From the human T2T-CHM13v2.0 reference genome, Homo sapiens, in the NCBI RefSeq assembly GCF_009914755.1, contig NC_060931.1: DNA of 64,000 nucleotides. One strand, given 5' to 3'. Position 1 is the first letter of the stretch. Each line of letters begins with the position of its first letter. Below, in pieces: positions 47,363-64,000 of this stretch. The position numbers and the translations under genes are program-made. The notes beneath the pieces are model-generated. The model was given only the letters and a program-made list of their open reading frames with translations, ran no database searches and was not told where the DNA came from.

Positions 47363-47618
47363 TCAAGCTGCTTTCAAAATTTACTGCAGCTGTGCTTTGG
47401 GTGGGGTTGAGAGCTGCTCTTCAACATTTTTCAGATTCTTGTAAGATAAAACTAGTTTAGTACATTTTTTTCAGTTTTAGGACACTCTTTTTTTTTCACA
47501 TTTCAACAACTCTGAAATCAAGAAGCATCTTAGAACCTGTGCTATGTCATTGTTTAATTGGTAGAGTTTTTTTCTTTCTTGTGTCATGTAAAATAATGGT
47601 GTGTCTTAAAATTGATGA

Positions 47619-48052
47619 TGTGATGGTTTATTCTGGTTGGATCTGTAAGGATGTTGTGGAGGCGATTAACATTTGAATCAATAGACCTTATAAAGTAGAT
47701 TGCCCTTCCTAATGTGGATGAGCCTTATCCAATCAGTTAAAGACTTGAAGAGAACAAAAAGACTGAGTAACAGAGAATTCCTCCTGCGACTGCCTTGAGC
47801 TGAGACATTGGCCTTTTCTAGCTTTCATTGGTTCTTCTTGGGTCTTGAGCCTGCTAGCATGGAACTTAACCGTGAGCTCTCCTGGCTTGCTGATTGCAGA
47901 TCTTGGGACTTCTCAGTCTCTAGTCACATGAGCTAGTTACTTAAAATTTCATTACATGCACACATACCCACTCACACACCCTTATAATATCTTTACACAG
48001 ACACCCTGACACTCTACTGGTTCTTTTTCTCTGGATAACACTCACAAATACA
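47619..48052 (+). mobile_element. MLT2 (ERVL) LTR
   Basis: tgtgatgg...gattaacatttgaatc...atccaatcagtt...aaataca. Confidence 0.8.
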
Positions 48053-48669
48053 GATGGGTCTTAAATTTGATAAAATACAGTAATTGAGGCTGTTCTAAAT
48101 GCCTTCTACACAAAAGTCATGGTGGATTTGGGGAGTGTTCACACCAACCAGCATCATGGGAGTTGAGCTGTTCACACCAGCCAGCGTCATGGGAGTGAAA
48201 AGATGCTGTTGTTCTATACCAGGACAGCTTTCTGGGAATGGGGAGCCAAGGTTTGGGAGCTTTTGTGCCTCAAGGGGCAGTACAGAAAGATAGAGTTTTC
48301 TTCCCAGCTCTGTTGTGTACTTCCTTTGTGACCCTAATTAGGTCACTTAATTTACCTGGGATTGGTTTCCTTATCTATAAAATGTGCTGGTTGGACTGTG
48401 TGATTTCAAAGACCTCTTCCTTTTCTCAGGTTCTCAGAAATTGACTCTTCTGTTTCAGTGAGGGGAGGTGGCCTAAGATATAAATAAACACTTTTGCAAA
48501 GGGCTGAAACATCACCAATAATGTCTGACTCCTGGAGCACTGATTCTGTGCCCAACAAGATACAGTCTGAGGATTGATTTGGTTTTCCAGGTTGTAATGT
48601 TTGTACAGGAGTGGTGGCCTTCACAGTTGAGTTTTTGTAGAACTTGAAGCCAAGGTCTAGAAGCATCAC

Positions 48670-48965
<296 letters not shown>

Positions 48966-49699
48966 GCATCACCTTCTGAAATAAAAATTTACAAGTTCAT
49001 CCCAAGAAGTTTGCCAGCCAGGAACTGATTTGTGCTAGTGTAGAGATAAGGCCTAAGGGTTCCTGACCTGCAATAAAGGGTCTAGGTCTCTGGGAAGGAA
49101 GTCCTCCATATAAAATATAATAAGAGCAAAAGCCATAGTTTAAGAAAAGATTACTTATCTTTGGTGAGAAGATAAGTTCAGATATTATGGGAGAGTGGAT
49201 GCTGGGAATTAGTGTTTATTTAGTTTTATTTAAAGAAGTAAGAGACATGGTACCTGGCAGTCCTGAGTATTGCACTTTCTGGAAAAGCAGACCCTGATTA
49301 AGTAAATGATGAGCAAAATATGTTGCCTACCTACCCAACTCCTTCACATAGATTTAGTGCTGACTATTCAGGCTTCTGATTACGGTGTAGTTCCTTGTTC
49401 CATAATCTTGGGCTGGGGGTGCTCCAGGAAGTTCAGTAGCCTCCTATTAAAACGTAATAAAGTGATACCATTGGTGTCCGGCCCACTTGGTTTGTGTGAG
49501 TCAAACCCCAAGGGCCCATCAGATGTCTGTAGCTGAGCAGCCCTTGGGGCTCTGCCTTCTCTCTGGCTTCCTTAGCCATGGCAGTCCTATGAGAGAAATG
49601 TATCCCTAAAGGGCTGTGGCATTTCAGAGAAAGAAAAGAACTGCATCTGACTGAGGAGGACTGAGAAAACAAGGTTTACGCAGAGATAGTCAGGGATGA

Positions 49700-49971
49700 T
49701 TTTTTTTTTTTTTTTTTGAGACGGAGTCTCAAAAAAGATCTCGGCTCACTGCAACCTTCGCCTTCCGGGTTCAAGCGATTCTCCTGCCTCAGCCTCCTGA
49801 ATAGCTGGGATTACAGGCACTTGCCGCCACGCCCAGCTAATTTTTGTATTTTTAGTAGAGATGGAGTTTCACCATGTTGGCCAGGATGGTCTCCATCTCC
49901 TGACCTCATGATCCATCCACCTCGACCTCCCAAAGTGCTGGGATTACAGGCGTGAGCCACCACGCCTGGCC
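49700..49971 (-). mobile_element. AluS with internal deletion
   Basis: gagtctc-aaaaaa-gatctcggc junction. Confidence 0.9.
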
Positions 49972-50751
49972 AGGATGACATTTTATGAAGAGATCCAGTT
50001 GGAGCAAAAGTTCAGAGACAGAAATACAGCAAATGAGTGGTTTGACTAGAACATAGGGTGTGTGAGAGGACTAGATAAGATGCGTATTTCTACTACACAT
50101 GGTTTGTCCCCTGAAATTCTCCAATATTGAAGTGAATGTAGTTAAGCCTTGAATGTTTTAAGATAACTCATTTCAATGGATCAATACTAAAGAATAAGTC
50201 AAACACGTTACCTTTTCCTAAGGGTCATAGGATTCTAGACAGGCTTCTTAGTTGGCACTCTCTATGACATTTGTTGAAAGGACCTTGTCATCTTTGTTGC
50301 CTTATTTCTAAGTTTTGGATAATTTTTCTTAGAAGAGAGGAAGGCAAGCATGTGATAACAGTATGTTCAGGACATCCTAATTATTCGTCTTAGAAAAAGT
50401 AAAAATCACAGACTACTGGTACTGTATTAGGAAAGAAATAGAATACACATCTCATTTATTTCTGTAAATCCTATTACCTAGAGAGTCATTAGTGTACTTG
50501 TTGCTTATCCTTCCAGACTTCTGTAATCCTGTGACTAAAAAATATATACTTCTTTGGGCATTTTTAATTTTACAAAAATGGGATAAAACATACAGGTCTT
50601 TCTAACTTAATTCTTTCTCTTAGAATATCCCTGGCAATGTAAAGCTCCTTGGAGCTAACCCAGTATCCTATGTTAGGCTCTATTTCTGTATCTTGGGAGG
50701 TAGTTCATACACAGGCAGTAATTGCAATGATGCTCTTGCTTTTGTTTTCAG

Positions 50752-50868
50752 GTTGGCAGCCTCGATGGTTCCTTCTCTGTGGGGGAATATTGTCCTATTA
50801 TGATTCTCCTGAAGATGCCTGGAAAGGTTGCAAAGGGAGCATACAAATGGCAGTCTGTGAAATTCAAG
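50752..50868 (+). CDS. PLEKHA8: PLEKHA8 exon 2 (PH domain)
   Basis: ttttcag|, [42 protein letters not shown]|GTGAGA; 117 nt. Confidence 0.97.
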
Positions 50869-51876
50869 GTGAGAAATCAAGCAACTTGCAAGTTTTATTT
50901 TTCTTTCTGTTTTCCCTCAAAAACAAAAAAGCCCCTGGCCCCTGCATACCTTTCTCTGCTGCTCCCATAATACAGACCAAGGGACATAGTGTTATGTGTC
51001 AAAAGAAAGCCTTGCAAATACAACCCAAAACTGTAGCCAGCTTTTATGAGGAGATTGGCTAAGAGGTGGTCAAAATAAATGAGAGCAACGTGTTTCACTA
51101 CTCAACTAGCACTCATTCCTTAGTGACCTGCTCACTTGGGACCAGTGGCTATTAGCAAAACTTAAAGTCTTTACTGCAGCATCAAACACTTTTGTGTTTA
51201 AATCAGGATGGACACACACACACACACCCTCCACCAAAACAAAACAAGCAAAAACTTAACAGACTTTCAAATAGTCTTTACTTCTTGTTTTTGTCTTGAG
51301 ACATGCTGAGAAGGTGTGGCTCGGAAGAAAAACAGATTAAATGGGAATTTAGGTAGTGGATGTGGGTGAAAGACTTTGGTTTGCTTGTTTCTTCTCCTAA
51401 AGGCCTCTGAGAAAATTCTCACACTTTTGGTCTGACTTTTCAAGGGAAGTAGAAGATGGAAAAGATTGTATTTTTGATTGTTTCCCAATAAATCCAAGGA
51501 GATAAAAAACATACCCTTGTTTCTTGGCCTCAGAGCAGCCTACTTAACACACACACCCACTGAAAGAAAGATTCCTTCTCTATTCTGATAAGAGATCAGT
51601 TTAACTGAAAAGTTAAATTGGTGATTCTTGTTTGGGCTGAAGTTTTTGTGATGCCTTGGAGGCAATTGCAAGGTTTTCCCTCTTGATTAACAGAGACATC
51701 TAAGATGAGATAAGTAAACAGAACTTTGTGTGAATTAGGAGAGGTAATGACTGGCATCCTCTTTGGGAAGAAGCCTTCAATGACTGCCATCAATTAAGCT
51801 CAAGAAGTTGGGTGGGTTGGAGGCTACCCAGACAGGGCTCTTCTGAGTCTCTGATCTCCCTCTGTCTTGCTCCCAG

Positions 51877-52032
51877 TTCATTCTGTAGATAATACACGCA
51901 TGGACCTGATAATCCCTGGGGAACAGTATTTCTACCTGAAGGCCAGAAGTGTGGCTGAAAGACAGCGGTGGCTGGTGGCCCTGGGATCAGCCAAGGCTTG
52001 CCTGACTGACAGTAGGACCCAGAAGGAGAAAG
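51877..52032 (+). CDS. PLEKHA8: PLEKHA8 exon 3 (PH domain C-terminal half), GC donor
   Basis: ctcccag|, [55 protein letters not shown]|GCAAGT; 156 nt, phase matches exon 4. Confidence 0.95.
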
Positions 52033-53498
52033 GCAAGTACTGATTGTCCTTTGCTGTGGAAACCTTGGGAATCACCCACTGGCATCTCTGATTTCCCTTA
52101 TTTGTTATCTTGCTTCTGACCACCTAGCCAGCTTTTTGTGTCATGCAAATGCTGTGTATCTTAGTATAATTTAAACCAGGGTCCATATCTAACTCTTCTT
52201 TCTTGGCATAGCATAGTGCAAAGAATGCAGGCTTTGGAGCCAAACACAGCTGGGTACACATGATGGCTTTGCAGTTTATTGACTGTATAACCTTGGCATC
52301 GGTCACTTAACCTTTCTTACTCTTAGTTTCTTCATCTTTTAAAAAGAGGTAATAGATCCTACCTTAGGAGGATTACCATGAGAATTAGTGATGATAAAAT
52401 GGTGGAGTATCCAGTCTGTGGCCAAACTTGACCTTTGGTGAGGAGTAGTTGAGCCAGATAAGCCTTGGATCAGGGTGTTTTCTGTAGCAACACCCTGCTC
52501 CTCCTCCCTTTTTTTCTGGGGTGGGATGGATGCTTAATTGTCAGGTTCCTGTTGCTTAATGCTCATTCACTGGACATTGTTAAGTTCTCCAGAGAACTGT
52601 GGCCCAGCTTTCTCTTTGGACTGGGGCAAGAATACCAGGGCTTACTGCCTGGGTCCTAGTTGCTACCTTCCCTGCCCCATGGCCCTAAATGTACCCTGAA
52701 GAGATGAGCTAGGGTGGGGTGAAATGGGAAAAAGTGTTCCAGGGAACATCTCTCATGACAGGTGTGGCAGTTGTGCTTAACTCTTCACGTAGATTCATAA
52801 ATTGGCCTCTTCTTTTAATGCTAAATTGGTAATAAATTCTAGAAGCTGTTGGCTTTGACTCAGAGCAGATAGTAATGTGCACTTTTTTTTTTCATGAAGA
52901 AGGAAACAGAAAAGTGATAATAATTGTAGCTGAGCCCTCGATGCCAGGGTGACTGGAGAGCATTGCTAATAATAATGGCTGGGTGCCATTAGCCTTGACA
53001 AGGCAGCATACCAAACCAGTCCTCAGCTGAAATTATGAACGGTGTTCTTAGTGGTAATTGGACACTGCAGAATGTTTTTCCCAGGTAAGAGTAGAGCACT
53101 GCATTAGTAAGTAAACAGCTATGACCCCATTTTATAGATAGGAAAAACTCTCTGGCAGAACTGAGGCCAAAACTCTGAACCCCTTAGCTCTGCTCCCAGT
53201 TCTGACAGGAGTGGGTCAGACTATATTGTCTCCTTCTTTGTATACTGGTGATTATTCGGTATATTGCCTTAATAAATAATGTATACTACTTTGAAAGACT
53301 GGAGATCTACTTTTTCTGGTTTTTCTTGTTATTATGTCTTCACCTGTCACATTTGCAACCCATACTTTAAAGATTTGACTTTGGGCATATGTTCTGTGTG
53401 GTATCCTAACTAGTAAGGATTCCTCTTCTGCATAGTATCCTAACTAGTAAATCAGTTGTTTGTTCTGGTTACTGCATTATCATCATTTTGTCATTTAG

Positions 53499-53623
53499 AG
53501 TTTGCTGAAAACACTGAAAACTTGAAAACCAAAATGTCAGAACTAAGACTCTACTGTGACCTCCTTGTTCAGCAAGTAGATAAAACAAAAGAAGTGACCA
53601 CAACTGGTGTGTCCAATTCTGAG
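53499..53623 (+). CDS. PLEKHA8: PLEKHA8 exon 4
   Basis: catttag|, [45 protein letters not shown]|GTAAAA; 125 nt. Confidence 0.95.
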
Positions 53624-54890
53624 GTAAAATATTATTTATTAATATTATTAATATACATGAATAATATAAAAGAAGTGACTACCAGTATATCCAATTCTGA
53701 GGTAAAATATTATTTTATTAATATTACTAATATACCTAAAAAGCACCAGACGTTGCTTACAGGTGGTGTTTACTCTCATCTAATTTTTTGACTATCTTGG
53801 AATTTACTATTTTATAGAGGAAAAAAGTAACAAAATTAAACAAAGAGAAGCAATAGTACATTTCATCATATGCGTGTGTATAGCTTTCCTTCCTGGAATA
53901 AATTAGGGATTAATTAATTGATAATATTTGGAACCTTTAACTTTAGTACTGTCATACTAAAATATGTTTCTCTCCAGTTTATATTGTTTTGTTAATTACA
54001 GTCTTGCAGAGCCATTTCTATAGCTATGGCTATTAAGATGCCAACTTATTGTCTTTCATTGATGTGCATCTATGAGACTAACAGTATTTTGTTTTACCAT
54101 CATAACTGTGCTTTGGAATAGACTAGTGCTTTCAAAGATGGAGACACAGCTTTTTTTCTCTTCATTGTCAGCAAGGATTGTGATTTTTAGCATTTATTAA
54201 TACAGTCATTATTCATTTATTTTAAAACATATATTAAAAGATTTCTCTGGTGTTAAGCTATGTATAGAATGGCTCACATTAACCAGAGTCTCTGCTCTGC
54301 TTTCAAAGAAGTTTCGATCTGACAGTGCAACTGCAGATTATAATGAAAGATTTTCATTTATTAGGTAGTAGAAGAACACTATGCTACTGGTAGTACATGT
54401 GTTTCGAGTTTTTCTAAAAAAGGTGATTTAACCCACTTGCATTCACTTCCTTTTGGGTGCTCTTACTCATTCAGCAGCTGCCTCATATGTGTGAGATAGA
54501 CTGTGAGGGGAGGGGGAGGGAAGATGAAGGATACCAAAAAAGCATTTCAGTCCTGCTCTTGGGAAGTTTATAGTCTAGAGCAGTGATTCTCAAGGAGAGA
54601 TACTTTTGGTTGTCATGACTGAGGGAGTTACAACTAATACAATGTAAATTGAACCACTTTACTACCTAAGGCTTTCAGCAGCTCCCTCATTGCTTGTAGG
54701 TGAAAGTCAAATAGTGCTGATAGTTACTTGATTAATAGATAAATTGGGCTTTTCTTTTATAACTGATGTACATATTTCAGCAGGTGGGTACATTATTATT
54801 ATTTTGTGGGCAACCTCTAAGGACATTCCACAATTGGGCTTTTTCTTTTTTGGCAAGGTAAAGGAGTCTTCCACTCTGGTTGTTTCGTAG

Positions 54891-55049
54891 GAGGGAATTG
54901 ATGTGGGAACTTTGCTGAAATCAACCTGTAATACTTTTCTGAAGACCTTGGAAGAATGCATGCAGATCGCAAATGCAGCCTTCACCTCTGAGCTGCTCTA
55001 CCGCACTCCACCAGGATCACCTCAGCTGGCCATGCTCAAGTCCAGCAAG
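54891..55049 (+). CDS. PLEKHA8: PLEKHA8 exon 5
   Basis: tttcgtag|, EGIDVGTLLKSTCNTFLKTLEECMQIANAAFTSELLYRTPPGSPQLAMLKSSK, AAG|GTAAAA; 159 nt. Confidence 0.95.
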
Positions 55050-55189
55050 GTAAAAGTCCAGCTCAGTTTGGCTGCAACAAGGCATCAAGAAAAGTTTCAA
55101 AGTTTATAGTGAGTTATGTTCTCTATTACCCTTTAGTGACTTATAAAGACAGTTTTTTAATGGACTTTGCTCTACGTCCTTTTTTTATA

Positions 55190-55800
55190 TCTGTCCTCAG
55201 CACCCCATATCCAGTCAGTTATTTGTGGCAATTTTACCACCTAAACATGTTTCTAATGTAGCCTCTTTCCAACCCCTTGTCAGTGAGTCTTGCCTAAAGT
55301 TGTGATAGTCTTCTAACTATTAATAGTTGCTTTCAGCCTGACCCTTCCAGTCAACCACATTTCTATTAATGCAGTATAAATTGAACCACTTAACCTAAGC
55401 GTTTCCAGTGGCTCCCTCATTGCCTGTAGGTTAAAGTCAAAACTTCTTAACCCCTTCCCACATTACCAGCTCTTTCCCTGTCTTCACCTAGCTTGAACAT
55501 ATTCATTGCTTGTGTTAATAATTCCTTCCACTCCTTTGTGCCGTTTTCCAGTGCCAGGAATGCTCTTCACCTCTCTTTCCTGGATTAGCTCATACACATC
55601 CTCAAAGACTTAGTCTCTTCTTCCCTGAATCACTAGATTGGTCTAAAAGCCTCTCTTATACATATTCCTATTTTATTTATATTCCTTGTTTTGTACTGAA
55701 ATGATTTTTAGGGCAGGAACCCCATAGTGTCTACCTTTATACCTCTAGTATTTGATATAATACTTGTGTCATAGTTTGCTGCTTATTAATGTTTAATGAG
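55190..55800 (-). mobile_element. L2 fragment
   Basis: ccagtggctccctcattgcctgtagg, ggaatgctcttc, tttagggcagg motifs. Confidence 0.7.
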
Positions 55801-56100
55801 CATAACTGAAATTACAAAGAAATCTAATCACTGAGTTTGACTGTGATAATTAGGTCTGTCAAAAGATCATCTTCCTTTTCCTTAGAAATGTATTTGTAAG
55901 GAATACATTTGTATAAATAAGAAGGACTAGTTGGAATCAATGACTCTCTTTTGGGAAGACCTAAAATTGTTTTTGTTTAGTGGGGCTAGTGTATTTTATG
56001 GTCATATGGTCATATTTACCATTTTGTATGTAATAAGATCATAAATATGCTCTGTTCAAAGTTTAACATGTGAACTTTCCTTTCTTTGCTTCTTTTAAAG

Positions 56101-56141
56101 ATGAAACATCCTATTATACCAATTCATAATTCATTGGAAAG
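56101..56141 (+). CDS. PLEKHA8: PLEKHA8 exon 6
   Basis: pyrimidine tract + ttaaag|, MKHPIIPIHNSLE(R), AAG|GTACAG; 41 nt, phases fit. Confidence 0.9.
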
Positions 56142-56639
56142 GTACAGTAGCTTTTTTCTTCTTGCTAAAAATTAAAAAAAAATAAGGATATTGTTATTCC
56201 TTGTTTAAAAAAAGATACTTTGATCTTGTAATGGTTTTTCTCAGGATTTGAAATAATATGGAAGTAAACAATATCTGACTTTCCTCTTTTGAGTGAGCCT
56301 GAATCAACCCAGAGCAGACCTTTTACTTAGCACTAATAGGGAAGATGTTGGCATTTTCCCTAAGATGGATCTCACCCATCACATCTAGTAACTTTTAATC
56401 TCTCTAGGGTGTACTTAAGGTAGAAACTTCTCTTGTAGAGGAAACTTCTCTCTGAGCATTGTTTTAAGGGTGCTTTTATCTAGAAATGATAGTAGTGCTA
56501 TTTTGTTGTGTTTAAAAATAAAAATCTTAGGTAGCGTTGCAGGTTGAAAAATAACCTACTATCAAAATCTAAACTATTTCTATTCCCTAAATGCTCCTTC
56601 AATTTTTAAGATGATTTAACCCATGAAAGTGGGCTAAAT

Positions 56640-58327
<1,688 letters not shown>

Positions 58328-58375
58328 GACCAAATAACGACCTTCTGGCTTTTTTTCCTTTTAAAAAATTTGCAG

Positions 58376-58533
58376 GCAAATGGAGTTGAGCACTTGTGAA
58401 AATGGATCTTTAAATATGGAAATAAATGGTGAGGAAGAAATCCTAATGAAAAATAAGAATTCCTTATATTTGAAATCTGCAGAGATAGACTGCAGCATAT
58501 CAAGTGAGGAAAATACAGATGATAATATAACAG
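58376..58533 (+). CDS. PLEKHA8: PLEKHA8 exon 7 (acidic linker)
   Basis: tttgcag|, QMELSTCENGSLNMEINGEEEILMKNKNSLYLKSAEIDCSISSEENTDDNIT, CAG|GTAAAA; 158 nt. Confidence 0.93.
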
Positions 58534-59412
58534 GTAAAAACAAAAGTAAAGTCTGAAACAAACCAATTTTAGATGATAGAAAATTTGGGAATTTGATGAA
58601 TATCCATGATAGGGATTAACCTCAAGACCATGTAGTAGTGTCTGCTAAGGAGGATATTGGCTGGGTAAGATAAGTCATATGACTGAACAACATTCTTTCA
58701 TCCAATCTGACCTGGTGTTGAGAAGGCAGAGTGAAAAGAGGAAGATTCCTGCTCAGTGTTCTTGGCTGTGTTCATGGGCTGCAGTGAGCAGAGGGCCTTC
58801 AACCCTGTATCTTAAAAGTCCTTTGAACTTAGATTATGATGTTATACGTAACAGTGTGTAAAATTACAGCAGTTCAGTTTTTCATCCTCCCGGTTTCTGT
58901 TGGGCCTGAGGATGTCAGAATTCACCAGTCACCATGAGGTTTCTACGCAGTCTTCTCTGTTTATCAAGCCAAAGTCCCACATTTCAGGTAATAGGTTTGT
59001 AGTTCAAATATGCTAATCCCTTGGCACTAATCACTGAAATCTACTTTAGATCAAAGACAACTATATTAGAGCTTTTAATTGTGTTATAAGAACTTAATAA
59101 TTTGAAAATGAAATTAAAATTTCCTTCCATCTACCTTGAAATAAGAGACCTTATTTTTTCTCGATGAATTGGGGAGCAGTGTGGGAGTTGAGGGAAGGAG
59201 CTGTGTATTCTTAGCTGTTAATCTGAGAGAGACAATCCACACATCATTGGAGCCTTATCTCTTGGGTAAATAATAAAGACAGAAGAAAATATCTGTCAAA
59301 ACAGTGCAGTCATTTATTTGCTCCTATAATTTTGCTTCTAGGAATTGTTCTTCAGTGAATAGTTAGATTTAAGGAGAAAGACCTATTGATAGGGATGTTC
59401 TTTGTGGCATTA

Positions 59413-60044
59413 CAGTCAGTTCTCATTATTTGCAGTAGTTAGGTGTTATTGAGTCACCATGAGCACTAAATTAGCAAATACTAAACTCTTGCTCCTGGGG
59501 GAAATACAAGGTTAGGTTCCTGCAAGACTTTGGTCACAAAATTTTTGTCTACCAATCAATACATAACCTTGTTTTATGTGTGTTTTCATTTAAAGACACT
59601 TTAATATGTATTGTTGATTCATTAACATTGAACTCACGGTGAACAGCACTATTACTCATGCTTGAATGAGGCTTATCTAACACACATCTTTTTTCCATAA
59701 GGCACATCACAGCCTTTTTGTGGGTAGGAACGCTAGACGGTACTATACTTGGGAGCCCTTTTAAACAGCAAAAACAATAAAATGCACAAACATGCATAAA
59801 ATGTGGCACTAAGTAAGGACATTTGTCTATACTATGAGAGCTGAAACAAGAAGGCAGAACATCACATTGCTCTACCTCAGCTAGGAATATGTGTGTCCGG
59901 CAACAAAGTTTTCACCACTTTGCACGTGTCCACAAATGTCTGCAAAAGTGCCGCATGTATTGATTTTGGGGTTACAAAATAAATTTTAGCAAGTAGACAA
60001 ATTCACAAATACATATAGAATGTGCTAATAATGAGTAGTGATTG
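59413..60044 (-). mobile_element. MER82-like Tigger-family DNA transposon
   Basis: TIR-like cagtcagttctcattatt / aataatgagtagtgattg; gattttggggttacaa. Confidence 0.7.
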
Positions 60045-60375
60045 TATTTATAATTGTAAAATTTTGGAAGCTACCTAAGTGCCCCTCATGGATATGATAC
60101 AATATAACATGGTCATTAAAATCATGTTTTTGAAGGGTTGAATGATAATGAAAATATTCATGATACATTGTTTAGTGAAAGCAAGCAGGATTCAAATCTA
60201 CACATACTTCAAGTTTTGTTTGTGTGTGTAGATGTATGTTTATGTATATGTGAATAGTGTTTCATGAATTTTTATTTCTATGTATTTTTCTGTGTTTTAG
60301 AAATTTTCAACAATCAATATGTATTTTTATAATAAATATATAATAGGTTAGTAATAGATATTTTCTACTTTGCAG

Positions 60376-60532
60376 TCCAAGGTGAAATAAGGAAGGAAGA
60401 TGGAATGGAAAACCTGAAAAATCATGACAATAACTTGACTCAGTCTGGATCAGACTCAAGTTGCTCTCCGGAATGCCTCTGGGAGGAAGGCAAAGAAGTT
60501 ATCCCAACTTTCTTTAGTACCATGAACACAAG
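60376..60532 (+). CDS. PLEKHA8: PLEKHA8 exon 8 (linker to start of GLTP domain)
   Basis: tttgcag|, VQGEIRKEDGMENLKNHDNNLTQSGSDSSCSPECLWEEGKEVIPTFFSTMNT, AAG|GTATTC; 157 nt. Confidence 0.94.
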
Positions 60533-60923
60533 GTATTCTAGACTCTTTAATATCACTGATGCTTGGATACTAACTTCCATTCTGGAAAATCAGTCATGGT
60601 GTTCCTTTCAGGTGATGGCATATTCTAGGAGAATAGAGAATGTGGTATACCAAGTACCTGCTTTACTGTTTACTCTTTCTTACCAATGAATAAGAAGGAA
60701 TTCATTGTGAAGTGTGCTCTGTGAACAAATGTTAGCTTGCTTTGGTGGATTATCTTTGGAAATTTATTTTATGAGACCATATTAGAAAAACAGTTACTGG
60801 GGCATATCAAGTCAAACGATTTGCCCTACAGAGAGGCAGCTGTGTCTATGACTTACCTCTGAATTGCAGAGTGCTGATACTGTATTTTCAATCTTTTCTC
60901 CTCCATATCACCAAATTATGTAG

Positions 60924-61009
60924 CTTTAGTGACATTGAACTTCTGGAAGACAGTGGCATTCCCACAGAAGCATTCTTGGCATCATGTTATGCTGTGGTTC
61001 CAGTATTAG
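60924..61009 (+). CDS. PLEKHA8: PLEKHA8 exon 9 (GLTP domain); gene continues beyond window
   Basis: atgtag|, SFSDIELLEDSGIPTEAFLASCYAVVPVL, TAG|GTAAGA; 86 nt. Confidence 0.95.
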
Positions 61010-61294
61010 GTAAGATTCCTGCAGTTGCCTTACATTCATTCATGTCTAGAATCTGCCTCACTGTAGTTATTTTGCAGGAGAAATACCCCAAACTATGTGT
61101 ACAGTGAGATGACCCTTGGCTATTTGTTCAAATCACCAGACACATACAGTTAAAACTGTGTGACCTTAAGCATTATTGCATATTCCCATTTCATTTCTAA
61201 TAATGATTAAATATTGACCTCAAAATAATGTAATTTAAAAGGGGGATCTTTCTAGAAACCATACATAAAAGTAAAAAAAGTATTTGAGGAATAG

Positions 61295-62630
<1,336 letters not shown>

Positions 62631-62739
62631 TAAAAAAGTTTATTTAGGTCAAATTCACTTTTACTTGTATAAAGTCAGTAATACCAACAATGGCTAATGT
62701 GTTGAAATTTGCTTTATGACCCATTTAACTATACATCTT

Positions 62740-64000
<1,261 letters not shown>

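Overview
Primate (almost certainly human chr7p14) genomic DNA holding a head-to-head gene pair. FKBP14 (ER-resident PPIase) is complete on the - strand: four coding exons of 197+152+128+159 = 636 nt give 211 aa ending in HDEL, followed by a long Alu/Tigger-rich 3'UTR. PLEKHA8/FAPP2 starts on the + strand from a CpG island; coding exons 1-9 are present (PH domain, linker, start of the GLTP domain) and the gene continues past the window. The rest is mostly Alu, L1, L2/MIR, THE1/MLT LTRs and MER/Tigger DNA transposons. No prokaryotic-type features (CRISPR, rRNA, tRNA) were seen. The most notable observations are: (1) a tandem duplication of the PLEKHA8 exon 4 3' end that creates a second identical in-frame donor (+26 aa), near a GC-AG intron, a duplicated branch point and a poison/recursive acceptor; (2) a candidate RBFOX-containing poison exon in FKBP14 intron 2; (3) an orphan TSD-flanked retrocopy of an mRNA 3' end; (4) locally templated insertions, one fused to an Alu 5' end; (5) uORFs in both 5'UTRs, one encoding a signal-peptide-like 15-mer; (6) a palindromic two-strand poly(A) signal. 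Repeat subfamily names and boundaries were assigned by eye and are approximate.
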